A DNA stretch of 58,782 nt, taken from Balneolaceae bacterium (GTDB lineage: Bacteria > Bacteroidota > Rhodothermia > Balneolales > Balneolaceae). Shown here piece after piece: positions 57,121-58,782 of this stretch. The position numbers were made by a program, and so were the translations under genes. How positions within the stretch are numbered: the stretch's first letter is position 1; every line of letters begins with the position of its first letter. The notes beneath the pieces were generated by a model. It was not told where the DNA came from and made no database searches. It saw only the letters and a program-made list of their open reading frames with translations. The DNA is taken from the NCBI GenBank assembly GCA_040905285.1, contig JBBDRV010000010.1, positions 1-58,782 on the forward strand. The letters run 5' to 3'.

Positions 57121-58218
57121 CTACCCGCGCAGGAGATCTAATGCATAATGCCACGCTTCAACCACAGGAGCAGTTTCCTGCACCTCGGTAACGTATGGCT
57201 GGTTCCAATCTTGTAACAGCACGAGCTTCAGCATCTCCGACGATCGTTTTTTGTCATGATACATGGCTTTTACAAGATCCTCCGGAGAGTAGGAAAAAAC
57301 GGCAGGATTGATTGTATACAGGTTCCGGAACTTTTCAAGTGGTTCCCCGTCCAGCGGCGAGCCCTGTTTACCTGACATTCTTGTTGCCGCTATCATTCCT
57401 GCAAATACGGCTTCTCCGTGACTGGCTGCTTGAAACCCTCCCAGACTCTCCAGTGCGTGAGCAAAGGTGTGTCCGAAATTCAGAATCATTCTCAGGCCGC
57501 CTTCCTTCTCATCGGCGGACACAACATCCGCTTTGATTTTTGCGCATTTGCGAATCAGCTCAACCAGATTCGGGCTGTCCCAGTGAAGCTCATCGTTTAA
57601 AAAAAGTTTTTCACACTGGTCAAAAATGCTTTTGTCTCTGATGGCACCGTATTTCAGAATTTCACTCAGCCCGTTGACCCACTCTTTCCGGGGCAGGTCC
57701 GAAAGTAGTCCTGTGTACATGACGACGGCTTTCGGCTGATAGAAACTTCCGATCAGGTTTTTGCCGATTTTATGGTTGATGCCTGTTTTTCCTCCGATGG
57801 AACTGTCGACCATGGCCAGCAGTGTTGTAGGGACGTGGATGAGCGGCAGGCCCCGCAATGCCGTGGAGACTGCAAATCCGCCGAGATCGCCGGTCACTCC
57901 GCCGCCCGCCGTCAGAACCAGACTGTTGCGGCGAGCTTCATTGATCAGCAGGAAATCGGTGATTTTTTTCCACTGATCATAACATTTGCTGCTTTCCCCG
58001 GGGGGGACGGTATAGATACGGGAATCAGTGAGCCTGTTTCCCGCAGCCTGTTTTAACCGTTCCCCATGCAGCTTCTCAACCTGTTCATCGATAATGAGAA
58101 ACAGTTTTTCCGGATTGAATGAATTCACGAGTTCTTCCAGTTCACTGCCGGGGTTTGTATTTCGTACAAATACCGGATAGTGTTTTCCCGGGATCTGCAC
58201 GGAGAAATCAGCTTTCAT
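57121..58218 (-). CDS. aroB: 3-dehydroquinate synthase
   Basis: 365 aa; GGGVTGDLGGF, DSSIGGKTGIN, NFGHTFAHALE blocks. Confidence 0.93.
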   Translation of the reverse strand: MKADFSVQIPGKHYPVFVRNTNPGSELEELVNSFNPEKLFLIIDEQVEKLHGERLKQAAGNRLTDSRIYTVPPGESSKCYDQWKKITDFLLINEARRNSLVLTAGGGVTGDLGGFAVSTALRGLPLIHVPTTLLAMVDSSIGGKTGINHKIGKNLIGSFYQPKAVVMYTGLLSDLPRKEWVNGLSEILKYGAIRDKSIFDQCEKLFLNDELHWDSPNLVELIRKCAKIKADVVSADEKEGGLRMILNFGHTFAHALESLGGFQAASHGEAVFAGMIAATRMSGKQGSPLDGEPLEKFRNLYTINPAVFSYSPEDLVKAMYHDKKRSSEMLKLVLLQDWNQPYVTEVQETAPVVEAWHYALDLLRG

Positions 58219-58750
58219 TCATCTTTATTTTGTTGATTATTGTATGAGATGCCGTTTCAGGAGATAGCCGGCCCGTATCGATGGTTATATGAGACTGGAG
58301 ATAATATTTTTTGCGCTCTTTCAGAAGTCTGTCTATCCTGATCCGGATTTTTTCTTTGCCTGCCTGCTGTAAAAGAGGACGTTTCGTATCATTTGCCAAA
58401 CGTCGTGAAAGTACGGATAGTGGAGCATCTAAAAAAATGAGCCATCCTTTATTTTTCAGATGGTCCGTGATCTGCTGATCCTGCAGGGCTCCGCCCCCCA
58501 GTGCTATGACGCAACCGGAGTTATCCACGGTCTTCATAACCAGTTCCTTTTCAATTTTCCTGAACGTCTTTTCACCCTTTCTGCTGAAAATTTCAGAAAT
58601 GGTCATCCCTTCCTGTTGTTCAATGAGGTCGTCCATATCCACAAAGGGCATGTCCATACGGGAAGCCAGTATCCTGCCGACAGTGGATTTGCCCGAGCCC
58701 ATCATTCCACACAAAAATACCGGGGGGGTGCGAATGGTTGAATTCATCAT
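58208..58750 (-). CDS. aroK: Shikimate kinase
   Basis: 180 aa; P-loop GMMGSGKSTVG, ALGGGA block; 11-nt overlap with aroB. Confidence 0.9.
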   Translation of the reverse strand: MMNSTIRTPPVFLCGMMGSGKSTVGRILASRMDMPFVDMDDLIEQQEGMTISEIFSRKGEKTFRKIEKELVMKTVDNSGCVIALGGGALQDQQITDHLKNKGWLIFLDAPLSVLSRRLANDTKRPLLQQAGKEKIRIRIDRLLKERKKYYLQSHITIDTGRLSPETASHTIINKIKMNES

Positions 58751-58782
58751 TTTATACCCATTAAATTCGTTATACCCGTTAC

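Overview
Gene-dense core-chromosome segment of 58.8 kb with mid-range GC (judged by eye, not computed). It holds about 36 real CDS and no rRNA, tRNA, CRISPR array, transposase, integrase, phage gene or recognisable defence gene. The gene content points to an FCB-group bacterium (Bacteroidota/Balneolota/Rhodothermota-like): SprA T9SS translocon, type III glutamine synthetase GlnN, DUF4290 and DUF3467 proteins, grpE-dnaJ without dnaK, LptF/LptG, a TamB-like giant protein, and one TTTG-N19-TAnnTTTG promoter match. Gene order: ptsN-dacB; a sigma-54 response regulator; folD; a complete menaquinone pathway on the minus strand, split into menFDHB and menACE by an oppositely oriented glnN; DUF4290-like and DUF3467 proteins; cysteine synthase; lptG/lptF; sprA (2431 aa); lnt-rsmI; a VOC protein; grpE-dnaJ; PBP1A; purEK; prfA-icmF; lptC plus an OstA-like protein; an AGCS symporter; HU; and aroK-aroB-tamB-rnr-(peptidase_MA/PD40/Omp85 fusion). 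I do not see a clear novel accessory system. Three things look most unusual. (1) Nearly every intergenic region, and a few gene termini, carries exact or near-exact short tandem duplications of 13-21 bp, plus 42-, 55- and 66-bp units. One of these duplicates the menE start codon and creates a 7-codon relay ORF. (2) A palindromic repeat element with a 119-nt hairpin core (137 bp including its conserved tail) occurs in direct orientation on both sides of ptsN-dacB. (3) A tight tamB-rnr-Omp85 cluster has an Omp85 partner with no recognisable POTRA region; it carries an HExxH peptidase_MA-like module and TolB-like PD40 repeats instead. All functional calls rest on motif and architecture recognition by eye; no database search was run.
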